This document shows positions 52,298 through 62,698 of a stretch of 64,000 bases of DNA, in pieces. The notes below the pieces were generated by a model that saw only the letters and a program-made list of their open reading frames with translations, was not told the origin of the DNA and did not search any database. Origin of the DNA: Eubacteriales bacterium (GTDB taxonomy: Bacteria > Bacillota > Clostridia > Lachnospirales > JAKSVV01); contig JAVBPT010000003.1 of NCBI GenBank assembly GCA_031549455.1, positions 8,912 through 72,911 of the forward strand. Reading direction: 5' to 3'. Position 1 is the first letter of the stretch. Each line of letters starts with the position of its first letter. The position numbers and the translations under genes were made by a program.

Positions 52298-53482
52298 ATG
52301 GAGAAAAAGTATGAAAGAAATATAAGACTTTACTACTGTTATACGCTTGTGTATCAATTGATGTTTATTGCACCAATTTTGACCCTGTTTTATTTGGAAC
52401 TGGGTCTTAATTTTACACAGATTATGCTTTTAACCTCGGTTTCTTCTGGGGTTGTTTTTGCACTTGAGGTCCCTTCTGGGGTCCTAGCGGATATCGTGGG
52501 GAGAAAATTTTCGTTGATTTTGGCGAGTATATTTTTTTCGCTTGCTATCCTTTTGTTGTTTTTTGCCACAACATTTTGGACACTCATTTTGTCTGAAATT
52601 ATATTTGCATTTGGGATTGCCTCTGAAAGCGGGGCGGGAAGCGCGCTGTTATATGACACTTTAAAAAAACTAAAAAGAACAGAAGAATATAAAAAAATAT
52701 GTGGTCTTGCGCATTCATTTGGATTCTATGCCAATAGTATAACGGTGGTGATCGGTTCTTTTTTATACAAATACAATATGAGGTTACCGTTTATTTTAAC
52801 AGCACTTGTTCTCGCATTTGGGATTGCGTTTGCTTGTTTTATGACAGAAACAAGGCAGTACAAGGAAAAAGGATTCCATATCACAAAGTACTATAAACAG
52901 ACCTACTTGAGCTTCCTGTATACGGTTAAGCACAAAAAGCTGCTCGCTATTGCACTTTCGGTCTCATTATGTTTTGTTTTCTATAAACCTGTTATGCAAT
53001 TTTACCAACCTTATATGAAGGATGTTCGCATACCAGTCGAGTATTTTGGTTTCATTTTTTTTCTATTTAATCTGACAGCGGGCTTTTTTTCACAGCATAG
53101 TGAGCAAGTGATGAGAAGGATAAAAAGCAAGACTTTGATTAGCATGAGTATTTTGATGTGCATCTCCTTTTTTATTCTTTCTTCTGTTTATAATTATTGG
53201 GGAATTCTAGCAATTTTTCTTCATCAGATTGTCAGGGGAATGAGACGGACAGTTGAAGAACATTATGTAAATAAGTATGCGCCGTCAAAGGTAAGGGCTT
53301 CCGTCCTTTCCACGGTTAGTTTTATTTCCTCTATCGCAGTGATGTCCACGGCACCATTTTTGGGCATGATTAAGGATCATCATACCATTTATGAAACATT
53401 TAGAATTTTTGCCTGGATTCTGTTTGGTATGATCATACTCAATGAGCTGTATCTGAAAAATGTATTTAGAAAAGTGACTTGA
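52298..53482 (+). CDS. MFS transporter
   Basis: 394 aa with about 12 TM helices and the MFS loop motif GVLADIVGRKF. Confidence 0.85.
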   Translation: MEKKYERNIRLYYCYTLVYQLMFIAPILTLFYLELGLNFTQIMLLTSVSSGVVFALEVPSGVLADIVGRKFSLILASIFFSLAILLLFFATTFWTLILSEIIFAFGIASESGAGSALLYDTLKKLKRTEEYKKICGLAHSFGFYANSITVVIGSFLYKYNMRLPFILTALVLAFGIAFACFMTETRQYKEKGFHITKYYKQTYLSFLYTVKHKKLLAIALSVSLCFVFYKPVMQFYQPYMKDVRIPVEYFGFIFFLFNLTAGFFSQHSEQVMRRIKSKTLISMSILMCISFFILSSVYNYWGILAIFLHQIVRGMRRTVEEHYVNKYAPSKVRASVLSTVSFISSIAVMSTAPFLGMIKDHHTIYETFRIFAWILFGMIILNELYLKNVFRKVT

Positions 53483-53534
53483 TATTTGAGATAAATATGA
53501 TAAAATTTATAAAAGAAAACAGAAAGAGGAAGTT

Positions 53535-55436
53535 ATGAATAAAGAGAAGTACTACATTACAACTGCGATTGCCTATACATCTACCAAGCCTCATATTGGA
53601 AATACATATGAAATCATTTTGACGGATGCGATTGCACGCTATAAAAGATTATTGGGCTATGATGTTTTTTTCATGACGGGTACAGATGAGCATGGAGAAA
53701 AGATAGAACAAAAAGCTAAGGAAGCAGGCATGGAACCAAGAGTCTATGTGGATAAGATAGCAGGTGAGGTAAAGACAATCTGGGATCTGATGAACACCAG
53801 CTATGATAAATTTATCAGAACCACGGACGAGTATCATGAGAAAGCGGTTCAAAAGATATTTAAAAAGCTCTATGACCAGGGGGATATCTATCTGGGAGAA
53901 TATGAAGGAATGTACTGTACGCCTTGCGAATCCTTCTGGACAGATAGTCAACTTGTGGATGGGAAATGTCCCGATTGTGGAAGAGAAGTCAAAAAGTCAA
54001 AAGAAGAGGCTTATTTTTTCAAGTTAAGCAAATATCAAGATCGTTTGGTAAAGCATATTGAGGATAATAAGGAGTTTATTCAACCTGAGTCTAGGAAAAA
54101 TGAAATGATTAACAACTTCTTAAAACCGGGTCTCCTTGACTTATGCGTTTCCAGAACTTCATTTAAATGGGGTGTTCCAGTTGATTTTAACCCAGGACAT
54201 GTGGTCTATGTTTGGATCGATGCGCTTAGTAATTATATTACAGGTCTAGGATATGGCTCAGAAGATGATAGTCTATTTCGAAAATATTGGCCTGCGGATG
54301 TACATTTGATTGGAAAAGATATTCTGCGATTTCACACATTGTATTGGCCAATTATGCTGATGGCGCTTGATATACCTGTTCCAAAGCAGATCTTTGGTCA
54401 TCCCTGGCTTCTATCTGGAATCGATAAGATGAGTAAGTCAAAAGGAAATGTACTGTATGCAGATCAACTCGTAGAAAAATATGGCGTGGATGCCATACGA
54501 TATTTTGTTTTAAGAGAAATGCCTTTTGCACAGGACGGAAGCATTACAGATGAGCTTATCGTTGGAAGAATCAACGGAGATCTGGCTAACGTACTTGGAA
54601 ATCTGGTAAATCGGACAGTTACAATGGTGAATAAGTATAATGATGGCGTGGTAGAGAATAAAAATGTTGCGGAGGAGATCGATGCCGACTTTAAAAAAGT
54701 GGTAGAAGAGAGTGTTCGGAACGTAACAGAAAAGATGGATAAATTAAGGGTACAAGACGCATTGGAAGAAATCTGGAATATGCTAAGAAGGAGCAACAAG
54801 TATATCGACGAAACCACACCGTGGATTTTATGCAAAGAGGAAACAAAAAGAGATCGCTTGAATACAGTTTTATATAATCTAATCGAGTCTATTCGTTTCG
54901 GGGCAATCTTATTAAAGGCATTTATGCCAGAGACTTGTGATCAGATATTGGAGCAGATTGGATGCTCTAAAGAAGAGGCCACGATTGAAAGCATCAGAAA
55001 GTTTGGCTTTATAAAGAATGAAACCAGAGTCACCAAAACACCCGAACCACTTTTTGCCCGAATTGATGTAAATGAGAAAAAGGAAGGGGCAAAAGAAGAG
55101 AAAAAACAAGACTATATTCATATAGATGATTTTGCAAAGGTGAAGCTGAAAATCGCAAAAGTGATTCAGTGCGAAAAAGTGGAGGGCTCTGAAAAACTTC
55201 TTAGATTACAAGTTGAACTAGGAGAAGAGAAAAGACAAATTCTATCCGGGATTTCAAAATATTATACACCGGATGAGATAGTCGGAAAGCAGGTTGTTGT
55301 GGTTTGGAATCTCGAGCCTAGAAAATTAAAGGGAGAGCTATCAGAAGGGATGATCCTAGCAGCAGAGGATCCAGATGGAAATCTGAGGTTATTGACTGTG
55401 GACGGAGACATCTCATCGGGTAGTGAGGTTAGTTAA
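53535..55436 (+). CDS. metG: Methionyl-tRNA synthetase with a C-terminal tRNA-binding (EMAP/Trbp111-like) domain
   Basis: 633 aa with the HIGN variant of HIGH, KMSKS, a Zn knuckle (CPDCG) and a C-terminal OB domain. Confidence 0.97.
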   Translation: MNKEKYYITTAIAYTSTKPHIGNTYEIILTDAIARYKRLLGYDVFFMTGTDEHGEKIEQKAKEAGMEPRVYVDKIAGEVKTIWDLMNTSYDKFIRTTDEYHEKAVQKIFKKLYDQGDIYLGEYEGMYCTPCESFWTDSQLVDGKCPDCGREVKKSKEEAYFFKLSKYQDRLVKHIEDNKEFIQPESRKNEMINNFLKPGLLDLCVSRTSFKWGVPVDFNPGHVVYVWIDALSNYITGLGYGSEDDSLFRKYWPADVHLIGKDILRFHTLYWPIMLMALDIPVPKQIFGHPWLLSGIDKMSKSKGNVLYADQLVEKYGVDAIRYFVLREMPFAQDGSITDELIVGRINGDLANVLGNLVNRTVTMVNKYNDGVVENKNVAEEIDADFKKVVEESVRNVTEKMDKLRVQDALEEIWNMLRRSNKYIDETTPWILCKEETKRDRLNTVLYNLIESIRFGAILLKAFMPETCDQILEQIGCSKEEATIESIRKFGFIKNETRVTKTPEPLFARIDVNEKKEGAKEEKKQDYIHIDDFAKVKLKIAKVIQCEKVEGSEKLLRLQVELGEEKRQILSGISKYYTPDEIVGKQVVVVWNLEPRKLKGELSEGMILAAEDPDGNLRLLTVDGDISSGSEVS

Positions 55437-56530
55437 TGTTTGATATTGTCATTGTGGGGTCCGGAATATCAGGTCTAATTCTTGCGAGCTTACTGGATCA
55501 AAAATACAACATTCTACTTATTGAGAAGCGGAGAATGGATGGAGAACGATTTGATGCCAAGTCCTGTGGGGGGATGTTGAATCCAAATGCGCAGAAAGCA
55601 CTGGCATCGATTGGCATCAGCTTGCCAAAAGAGGTTTTGGCAAGCAGCCAACCCTTTGGTCTTAAAATACTAGATTTATCTAACAAGCTTAGCGCGGTTT
55701 ATCAAAAGTCGTATATCAATATGAATCGTGAAAAATTTGAACAATTTTTAAAAAGCAAAATTGGAAAAAATGTTCAGTTTGTTGATCAGGCTTGCTTTAA
55801 GAAAATGTGCACGACTGGTCATGAAAAAATAGAAGTGGAATATTTGAAAGAAAAAGTGACTCATAAAGTGGAGACCAAATTTTTGGTGGCTTCAGATGGT
55901 GCAGACTCGAGGGTCAGAAAATCCCTATTTGGAGCAGTCGCTCTTCCGAGGTATGTAACAATACAAGAGCACTATAAATGGGATCAGGAAGAGCCGTATT
56001 ACTACGGAATCGCAGACTCTTCGATAACAGATTTTTATTCTTGGATGATTCCAAAAGAACACTCCATTATCCTGGGGAGTTCTTTGAATAAAAAAAGGGG
56101 CGAAGATTACGATGCGAACAGGCGGTTTGAGTTACTAAAGAGTCGGTTAAAAGAGGTGGGATTTGATTTTACAAAACAAAGTTTAATTAAAAAGGAAGGG
56201 TCGATCCTTCTAAGGCCTACCTCCATGAGACAGTTGCGCTTTAGAAAGGGGAGAGTCGCACTAATCGGTGAGGCGGCAGGGCTTATAAGCCCAAGTTCCT
56301 CGGAGGGTATCAGCTATGCAATCAATAGCGCACGCCATCTAGCAAATTGTTTGAATCAATCACTAGAAGAGAAAAGCCTAAAAATATATGAAAAAAAAGT
56401 GAAGAGAATAGCGAGAAAGATGATTTTCAAAAAGTTTTTAGGTTATATTATGTATAATGATTTTCTGAGAAATATGATTATACGCTCTAAGTTAAAAAGC
56501 ATCCAAGTTTATAATGGAAAAAAGAGCTGA
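55436..56530 (+). CDS. FAD-dependent oxidoreductase (geranylgeranyl-reductase-like)
   Basis: 364 aa with the dinucleotide fold IVIVGSGISGL, a KSCGG motif and GDAAG-like GEAAGLISP. The ATG overlaps the metG TAA by 1 nt. Confidence 0.8.
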   Translation: MFDIVIVGSGISGLILASLLDQKYNILLIEKRRMDGERFDAKSCGGMLNPNAQKALASIGISLPKEVLASSQPFGLKILDLSNKLSAVYQKSYINMNREKFEQFLKSKIGKNVQFVDQACFKKMCTTGHEKIEVEYLKEKVTHKVETKFLVASDGADSRVRKSLFGAVALPRYVTIQEHYKWDQEEPYYYGIADSSITDFYSWMIPKEHSIILGSSLNKKRGEDYDANRRFELLKSRLKEVGFDFTKQSLIKKEGSILLRPTSMRQLRFRKGRVALIGEAAGLISPSSSEGISYAINSARHLANCLNQSLEEKSLKIYEKKVKRIARKMIFKKFLGYIMYNDFLRNMIIRSKLKSIQVYNGKKS

Positions 56531-56574
56531 GTGATCAGTTTCTTTGCTTTGCGTATGATAGAAAAGGAGAGGAT

Positions 56575-57354
56575 ATGGCCATATTTGAAACGCATTCCCA
56601 TTACTTTGACACCAAATTTGATTCCGATCGAGAAGAAGTCTTGGAGGCAATGTTTAAAGAACACCTAGAATATATCTTGGAAAATGCGACAGATGTGGAA
56701 ACCTCACTTCGTGTGATTGAGCTTGCCAAAAAATATGAGAAAATGGTTGTGGCAGTTGGCATACATCCGGAAGCATTATCATATATGAATAGGGAGGCTA
56801 TAGACAAGATAGAAGAACTCCTACTTAGACGAAAGGAAAATAAGATTGTAGCGGTGGGGGAAATCGGGTTGGATTATCATTATAAAGGGTATGATCGTGA
56901 AAAACAGATTTTGTTTTTTAGAAAACAGCTAGAGCTTGCTCAAAAATATCAACTCCCCGCGGTGATTCACACAAGGGAAGCAACCAATGATACCCTAAAG
57001 GTCTTAAGGGAGTACATGCAAAATGGGTTGCGGGGCGTTATACACTGCTTCCCGGAATCCCTTGAAATCGCCAAGGAATACGTTGGGTATGGAATGTATA
57101 TTGGCGTTGGAGGTGTGGTGACATATCAAAATGCAAAGAAACTTGTGGAAGTGGTGGAGAAGATTTCGCTTGATTCTATTCTTATTGAAACCGACTTGCC
57201 CTATCTTACACCAGAGCCAAAAAGGGGCATGAGAAATGATTCCAGTAATCTTAAATATGTGATCCAAAAGATCGCACAGATTAAAGGAATAGACGAAAAA
57301 ACGGTGGAAGAAGTTACGTACATTAATGCCAAAAGATTGTTTGATATTTTATAA
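56575..57354 (+). CDS. tatD: TatD-family metal-dependent hydrolase/DNase
   Basis: 259 aa with HSH, GEIGLDY, HTREA and ETDLPYL motifs. The position after metG matches B. subtilis yabD. Confidence 0.9.
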   Translation: MAIFETHSHYFDTKFDSDREEVLEAMFKEHLEYILENATDVETSLRVIELAKKYEKMVVAVGIHPEALSYMNREAIDKIEELLLRRKENKIVAVGEIGLDYHYKGYDREKQILFFRKQLELAQKYQLPAVIHTREATNDTLKVLREYMQNGLRGVIHCFPESLEIAKEYVGYGMYIGVGGVVTYQNAKKLVEVVEKISLDSILIETDLPYLTPEPKRGMRNDSSNLKYVIQKIAQIKGIDEKTVEEVTYINAKRLFDIL

Positions 57355-57425
57355 AAAGTGTGATAACCTATATCTAGATGTTTTGAAAAAACTGTCGAAA
57401 TATCTATAAAGGATGTGTTGTAAAA

Positions 57426-58484
57426 ATGCATATAGTTCGAAAAGTAAGTAAAAAAAGCAAACCCAAAATTAGAATCAAATTTGGAAATATTTTTACCCTG
57501 ATCACAGTGATTATTACCATAGTTGCTACCTTTGAATTTACCAATTTTCTACTGAATGTAAATGCAAAGCAGATAGTGGTTTCGGACAACAACTTTAAAC
57601 TAACCTATGAGGCGTCCGGTAAAAATGTTCAGGATTTTTTGAAGCACCATAATATAGCACTTTCAGAATATGATCGCGTGAATGTTTCGCTTTCGGAAAG
57701 TCTGAAGGATGGAATGCAGATCAGTATCAAAAGAGCGATGCCGGTCATCCTTTTAAAAGGGGATGAGTCAGTTGAATATTTTACTTCTGCAAGCACCATT
57801 TACGAGTTTTTGAAAGAGAGAGAGATCGCCATCAAAGAGGAAGACTACGTATCGCCAGATGTTTCATTTCCGATTACGCCGGGGCTTTATATTATTTACA
57901 AAGAGGGAAGCATTAAACAGATTGAGGAGACGGTCAACATCCCTTACAGTGTTGATATCCAAAAGACAAGCACTCTCAAAAAAGGGGAAGAGGAGATTGT
58001 GACACAAGGGGTGCAAGGCAAGAAAAAGGTATTAATCGACGTAAAATATGTTGGAGAAGAAGAAGTTTCAAGAACCGTTGTGCGAGAAGAGATCCTTGAA
58101 AGTCCGATCAACAAAGTTGTAAAGCAAGGAACGCTAGAGGTTTACACCGCACCGAATGGGAAGACCTACACAGTAAAGGAAACCCTGATGATGACGGCTA
58201 CCGCTTATACCAATGGCAAGACAGAAACCGGAAAAGAGCCCGGAGACCCTGGATACGGAATTACCCGCTCGGGGACAGTTGCAAAGGTGGGAACGGTTGC
58301 GGTTGATCCAAGCGTAATTAAGCTTGGAACCAAACTATATGTTGAGGGATATGGAGAGGCTACCGCGGAGGACACAGGAAGTGCGATTAAAGGTCATATC
58401 ATCGATTTATTTGTAAACACAAGAGAAGAGGCACTAAGGTTTGGACGAAAGAAAAATATAAAAGTATATATCTTAGCAAATTGA
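57426..58484 (+). CDS. YabE-like cell-wall protein (DUF348 repeats, G5 and 3D domains)
   Basis: 352 aa with an N-terminal TM helix. G5 (EEIVTQGVQGKKKV) and a C-terminal 3D domain (ATAYT...VAVDPSVIKLGTKLYVEGYG...DTGSAIKG). Confidence 0.85.
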   Translation: MHIVRKVSKKSKPKIRIKFGNIFTLITVIITIVATFEFTNFLLNVNAKQIVVSDNNFKLTYEASGKNVQDFLKHHNIALSEYDRVNVSLSESLKDGMQISIKRAMPVILLKGDESVEYFTSASTIYEFLKEREIAIKEEDYVSPDVSFPITPGLYIIYKEGSIKQIEETVNIPYSVDIQKTSTLKKGEEEIVTQGVQGKKKVLIDVKYVGEEEVSRTVVREEILESPINKVVKQGTLEVYTAPNGKTYTVKETLMMTATAYTNGKTETGKEPGDPGYGITRSGTVAKVGTVAVDPSVIKLGTKLYVEGYGEATAEDTGSAIKGHIIDLFVNTREEALRFGRKKNIKVYILAN

Positions 58485-58499
58485 GTGGAGGAATAAAAA

Positions 58500-59195
58500 A
58501 TGGCCAAGGTGATGCGGTATCTAGTCTTAGTAAGTATTTTACTTCTTTTGCTAGCTTACGGAACATATCGACTTTCAAGATCAAGGACATATCAAATAGC
58601 AGGAAAGATTATAAGCAGGGTGAATACAGATAGCAAAGAACTCTATCTAACATTTGATGATGGTCCAACAGAGGAAACGGATCGGATTTTGGAAGTGCTA
58701 GATGAGTTGGGGGTAAAGGCCACTTTTTTTCTAATCGGATCCAATATAGAAAAGTATGAAGAAAAGGCGAAAAAGATTGTGGAGGCAGGCCATGATATAG
58801 GGAATCATAGTTACACCCATGCGAGAAATGTCTTTAAAACGCCTAAATTTATAAAAAACGAGGTAGATAAAACCAATGAACTGATTCGAGAATTAGGTTA
58901 TGAAAAGGAGATCTACTTTAGGCCTCCATTTAGCAAGAAGTTAGTGATCCTTCCTTTATATTTACATAAAATTGGACAGACCACGCTAACCTGTGATATA
59001 GAGCCTGAGTCTTATAAAGAAGCGGGGCGCACATCTGAGACCATTGCGAAGTATGTAATAAACAATGCAAAGAATGGTTCTATCATATTGCTCCACCCGA
59101 TGAATGACAGAACGACCAAAACACTGGATGCGGTCAAAATTTTCGTAAAAGAACTAGAAAAAGAGGGGTATCAATTTGTAGGAATTGGCGAATAA
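58500..59195 (+). CDS. Polysaccharide deacetylase (NodB homology domain)
   Basis: 231 aa with an N-terminal TM helix and motifs TFDDGP, HSYTH and LLHP. Confidence 0.88.
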   Translation: MAKVMRYLVLVSILLLLLAYGTYRLSRSRTYQIAGKIISRVNTDSKELYLTFDDGPTEETDRILEVLDELGVKATFFLIGSNIEKYEEKAKKIVEAGHDIGNHSYTHARNVFKTPKFIKNEVDKTNELIRELGYEKEIYFRPPFSKKLVILPLYLHKIGQTTLTCDIEPESYKEAGRTSETIAKYVINNAKNGSIILLHPMNDRTTKTLDAVKIFVKELEKEGYQFVGIGE

Positions 59196-59207
59196 CGACT
59201 TGTCCAA

Positions 59208-59231
59208 AGGACCAAAAATTGGTCTTTTTTG
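59208..59231 (+). terminator. Intrinsic terminator
   Basis: GACCAA-AAA-TTGGTC followed by T6. Confidence 0.75.
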
Positions 59232-59260
59232 TTGCACTTATAATAAATATTTAGTATAAT
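59232..59260 (+). promoter_or_regulatory. Sigma-A promoter of plsX-rnc
   Basis: TTGCAC, a 17-nt spacer, then TATAAT. Confidence 0.65.
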
Positions 59261-59283
59261 ATTGGGAAAGAGGTGGAGAAAAG

Positions 59284-60330
59284 ATGGAGATTGAAGAACA
59301 AAAGATTATTAGGATTGGAATCGACGCGATGGGCGGAGACCATGCGCCGAGCGAAATCATAAATGGTGTCGTAGATTATATCAATGCGAATAAAAAGGAA
59401 AGAAGTATTGTGACCTTGATTGGAGATTCTAGCATTATCGAGTCCAAATTGATGAATTATAATGTCAACCTGGACCGGATTGAGATTGTTCATGCAAAAC
59501 AGATTATAAAAGGGGATGACCAGCCCATGGAGGCGATTGCGAAGAAAAAAAACTCATCAATGGTGATTGGCTTAACCATGTTAAAAGAGGGCAGAATCGA
59601 CGCCTTTGTTTCTGCGGGGAACACAGGAGCGCTAGTAGCCGGTGGAACCGTGCTGGTTGGAAGGATTAAGGGAATCAAAAGACCAGCTCTTGCACTCTTT
59701 TTGCCGAATATGTCCGGCGCAAGTCTAATGTTAGATTGTGGGGCCAATGTGGATGCAAGACCTGATTTCTTAGCCCAATTTGCTTACATGGGATCACTTT
59801 ATGCTCAGAATGAGCTTGGTATCAAAAATCCGACGGTGGGCCTAGTGAATATCGGAGAGGAAGAGGAAAAGGGAAATAAGCTTGTTAGAGAAACTTATCA
59901 ATTGTTAAAAAAATCAGGTTTAAATTTCGTGGGAAATGTAGAAACTAGAGATATTCCAAAAGGTGGGGTGGATGTTCTGGTTTGTGATGCTTTTGTGGGA
60001 AATGTCATATTAAAGCACTCGGAGGGAATGGTCAAAGAGGTTTTTGGTTTAATTAAAAAGGAATTAAATGCTACGATCACCACAAAACTTGGTGCATTGA
60101 TGGCAAAAGATGCTTTTAAAAACATAAAAAAGAAGTTTGACTACTCAGAATATGGTGGTGCCCCCCTTCTTGGACTAAAAAATCTTGTTGTAAAAGCACA
60201 TGGAAACTCAAAAAGAGCAGAGGTGAAAGCCTGTCTTTTACAATGTGAAAAATTTGTTAAAGGGGACATTGCAAACAAAATTGAGAATGCAATGTTAGAG
60301 GATGAAATCAATGAGAAATCGAGCAAATGA
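59284..60330 (+). CDS. plsX: Phosphate acyltransferase PlsX
   Basis: 348 aa, IGIDAMGGDHAP..., a typical PlsX. Confidence 0.95.
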   Translation: MEIEEQKIIRIGIDAMGGDHAPSEIINGVVDYINANKKERSIVTLIGDSSIIESKLMNYNVNLDRIEIVHAKQIIKGDDQPMEAIAKKKNSSMVIGLTMLKEGRIDAFVSAGNTGALVAGGTVLVGRIKGIKRPALALFLPNMSGASLMLDCGANVDARPDFLAQFAYMGSLYAQNELGIKNPTVGLVNIGEEEEKGNKLVRETYQLLKKSGLNFVGNVETRDIPKGGVDVLVCDAFVGNVILKHSEGMVKEVFGLIKKELNATITTKLGALMAKDAFKNIKKKFDYSEYGGAPLLGLKNLVVKAHGNSKRAEVKACLLQCEKFVKGDIANKIENAMLEDEINEKSSK

Positions 60331-61024
60331 TAAAGCATATTTAAATTTATTACAAGAATTTCAAAAGAAGATAGGATATCGTTTTAGGGACAACAATCTT
60401 CTTGTTTTGGCGCTGACGCACAAGTCCTATACTAGCACATTACCGGAGAATTCAACGGTGGAAAATAATGAACGGTGTGAGTTCTTGGGGGATTCTGTTC
60501 TAGGTCTTGCGGTAGCCGAAAGTATTTATAAAACCTTCCCTAAAAAACAGGAGGGTGAGATGAGTGAGCTGCGTTCTAAAATTGTTTGTAAAACCAATCT
60601 GGCCCATATTGCCGGGGAGTTAAATATTTATCGATATTTAAGATATGGAAAGGTGATCTCGGAAGAGGAAATCAAAAAGAACGAATCCATTGCAGAAGAC
60701 GTAATGGAATCACTAATCGGGGCCATTTATCTGGATTCAAATCTCAAGTATGCCAAACGCTTTATCTTTAAATTTATTACCAACCGATTAGAGGAGATAG
60801 AACTTTCAGATTTAAAAGATAGTAAAACCAAGCTGCAGGAAGAACTGCAAGCGCTTAGCAGTGCAAACATCGAGTATGTTGTGGCTTCGGAGGATGGACC
60901 GGATCACGATAAAACCTTTAGAGTGGACGTTTACAACAATGGCGAGAAACTCGGGTCAGGTATGGGCAAAAACAAGAAAGAGGCAGAGAAGGAAGCAGCA
61001 AGTCAGGCGCTTGCCAAAATATAG
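60311..61024 (+). CDS. rnc: Ribonuclease III
   Basis: Signature ERCEFLGDSVLG plus a C-terminal dsRBD. ATG 60311 follows GAGGA. Overlaps the plsX 3' end by 20 nt. Confidence 0.93.
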   Translation: MRNRANDKAYLNLLQEFQKKIGYRFRDNNLLVLALTHKSYTSTLPENSTVENNERCEFLGDSVLGLAVAESIYKTFPKKQEGEMSELRSKIVCKTNLAHIAGELNIYRYLRYGKVISEEEIKKNESIAEDVMESLIGAIYLDSNLKYAKRFIFKFITNRLEEIELSDLKDSKTKLQEELQALSSANIEYVVASEDGPDHDKTFRVDVYNNGEKLGSGMGKNKKEAEKEAASQALAKI

Positions 61025-61038
61025 AAAACGAGAAGAAG

Positions 61039-62079
61039 ATGAGTAGTAAGAAAATAATTGTGGGAATGAGCGGAGGCGTGGATAGTACAGTTGCGGCCTA
61101 TTTGCTTAAAAAAGAGGGATACGAGGTTTGTGGTCTATTTTTAAAGTTGTTTGAAAATGATAAAACGGAAGAGTCAATTAGAGATCTGGAGAAGATAGCG
61201 CAAAAATTAGAAATAGAGATTATTGTAAAAGACTATACCAAACTTTTTAAAGAGACCGTGATAGGCTATTTTGTCGGGGAATATGAGAATGGGAGAACGC
61301 CCAATCCCTGCGTGGAGTGCAATCGGAAAATTAAGTGGAGTCTCCTTTTGGAAGAGGCAAAAGAAAGAGGCGCACAGGAAATTGCAACCGGCCACTATGC
61401 CAAAATAGTGCACCTTCCAAATGGAAGATTGACCATTGCAGAAGGCCAGGATTTGTTAAAAGATCAGTCCTATTTTTTATATGTTTTGTCTCAGGAGGTT
61501 CTCCAAAAAATACGCTTTCCACTTGCGGATCTGTCTAAAGAAATGGTCAGGGAAATAGCAGTGCAGGAGGGACTTCCGGTTGCAATTAAGAAGGACAGTC
61601 AGGACATTTGCTTTATACAAGGGCGATATCAAGATATTTTAAAGGAGCAATTGGGTGCCCCGGAAGAGGGCCATTTTGTTGATAAAGAGGGAAATATTCT
61701 TGGGGTGCATACGGGAATTGTAAATTATACCATCGGCCAAAGGAAGGGAACCGGCTTGGCGATGGGTGAAAAGAAATATATTATTCATATTCGAAAGGAT
61801 ACAAACGAGGTGGTACTGGGCGAAAATGAGGACCTATTGAAAGATAAGTTGATTGCAAGGGCGCTTCATTTTCTGGCGTTTGAAAGCCTAGGGGCAGAGA
61901 TGGAGGTATGGGTGAAGATTCGCTATTCCAGAAAAAAGGAAAAAGGGGTCATTCGGATGCTTGGAGTAGATAGGCTAGAATGTAAATTTGAAAATCCATT
62001 GAGAGCGATTACACCGGGCCAATCCGCGGTATTCTATGATGATGACGGTTGTCTAATCGGTGGTGGGATTATAGAATAG
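61039..62079 (+). CDS. mnmA: tRNA 2-thiouridine(34) synthase MnmA
   Basis: 346 aa with the PP-loop SGGVDSTV and catalytic Cys residues. Confidence 0.93.
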   Translation: MSSKKIIVGMSGGVDSTVAAYLLKKEGYEVCGLFLKLFENDKTEESIRDLEKIAQKLEIEIIVKDYTKLFKETVIGYFVGEYENGRTPNPCVECNRKIKWSLLLEEAKERGAQEIATGHYAKIVHLPNGRLTIAEGQDLLKDQSYFLYVLSQEVLQKIRFPLADLSKEMVREIAVQEGLPVAIKKDSQDICFIQGRYQDILKEQLGAPEEGHFVDKEGNILGVHTGIVNYTIGQRKGTGLAMGEKKYIIHIRKDTNEVVLGENEDLLKDKLIARALHFLAFESLGAEMEVWVKIRYSRKKEKGVIRMLGVDRLECKFENPLRAITPGQSAVFYDDDGCLIGGGIIE

Positions 62080-62152
62080 CAGTTTAGAAATGTTCATAGT
62101 TATATTTTCCATTACATAAAATATACTATTAAAAATAATCAGAGGAATGATC

Positions 62153-62650
62153 ATGGAAAATATAAAAAAATGGGACTTTGGAACGGGATGCAAAATGGCT
62201 GGGTACATTTTGATACCTGTTGTGATAATATTCCTTTCCCTATTGATCTCAGGGAATCATGTGGGAGAATATTTTGATTATCTTAAGAAACCCGATATTG
62301 CACCTAAGAGTGAGTTTTTTATTCCTATTATCATCTCGGTCTATACCCTCTTTGGATATGGATTATCCCTTGTGTGTTCTAAGAAAAGGGAGAATAAAGA
62401 GGACAGAGGAACCATTGCTTTATATGCAGTGGTTACATTGTTTCTACATTTCCTGTTTATTCTCACGCTTTTTAAGTATCAGCTTTTAAATTATGCTCTC
62501 TATCTTTCGATCGCACTTGGTATCCTATCCTCTGCGATGATTCGATATTTTAAGAAGACAGAAAAACGTTCCTTAAAGTTTTTGATTCCGTATCTTATAT
62601 TTGTGCTTTATATCGTTTACATAACCTATTTTATATACTCAAACAATTAG
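62153..62650 (+). CDS. Five-TM membrane protein, TspO/MBR-like with most hallmark Trp residues replaced
   Basis: YFDYLKKPDIAPKSEFFIPIIISVYTLFGYG follows the TspO pattern (Y..L.KP.w.PP...F..vW..LY). Tentative assignment. Confidence 0.45.
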   Translation: MENIKKWDFGTGCKMAGYILIPVVIIFLSLLISGNHVGEYFDYLKKPDIAPKSEFFIPIIISVYTLFGYGLSLVCSKKRENKEDRGTIALYAVVTLFLHFLFILTLFKYQLLNYALYLSIALGILSSAMIRYFKKTEKRSLKFLIPYLIFVLYIVYITYFIYSNN

Positions 62651-62698
62651 AATATAAGTTTTAAAAAGGATCATACTAAAAATAAATTGGTGAGATAA

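Noticed and set aside
53483-53534. Possible T-box riboswitch upstream of metG
   Set aside because: The gap is only about 52 nt, far too short for a T-box leader (over 200 nt), and no specifier or antiterminator structure is visible.
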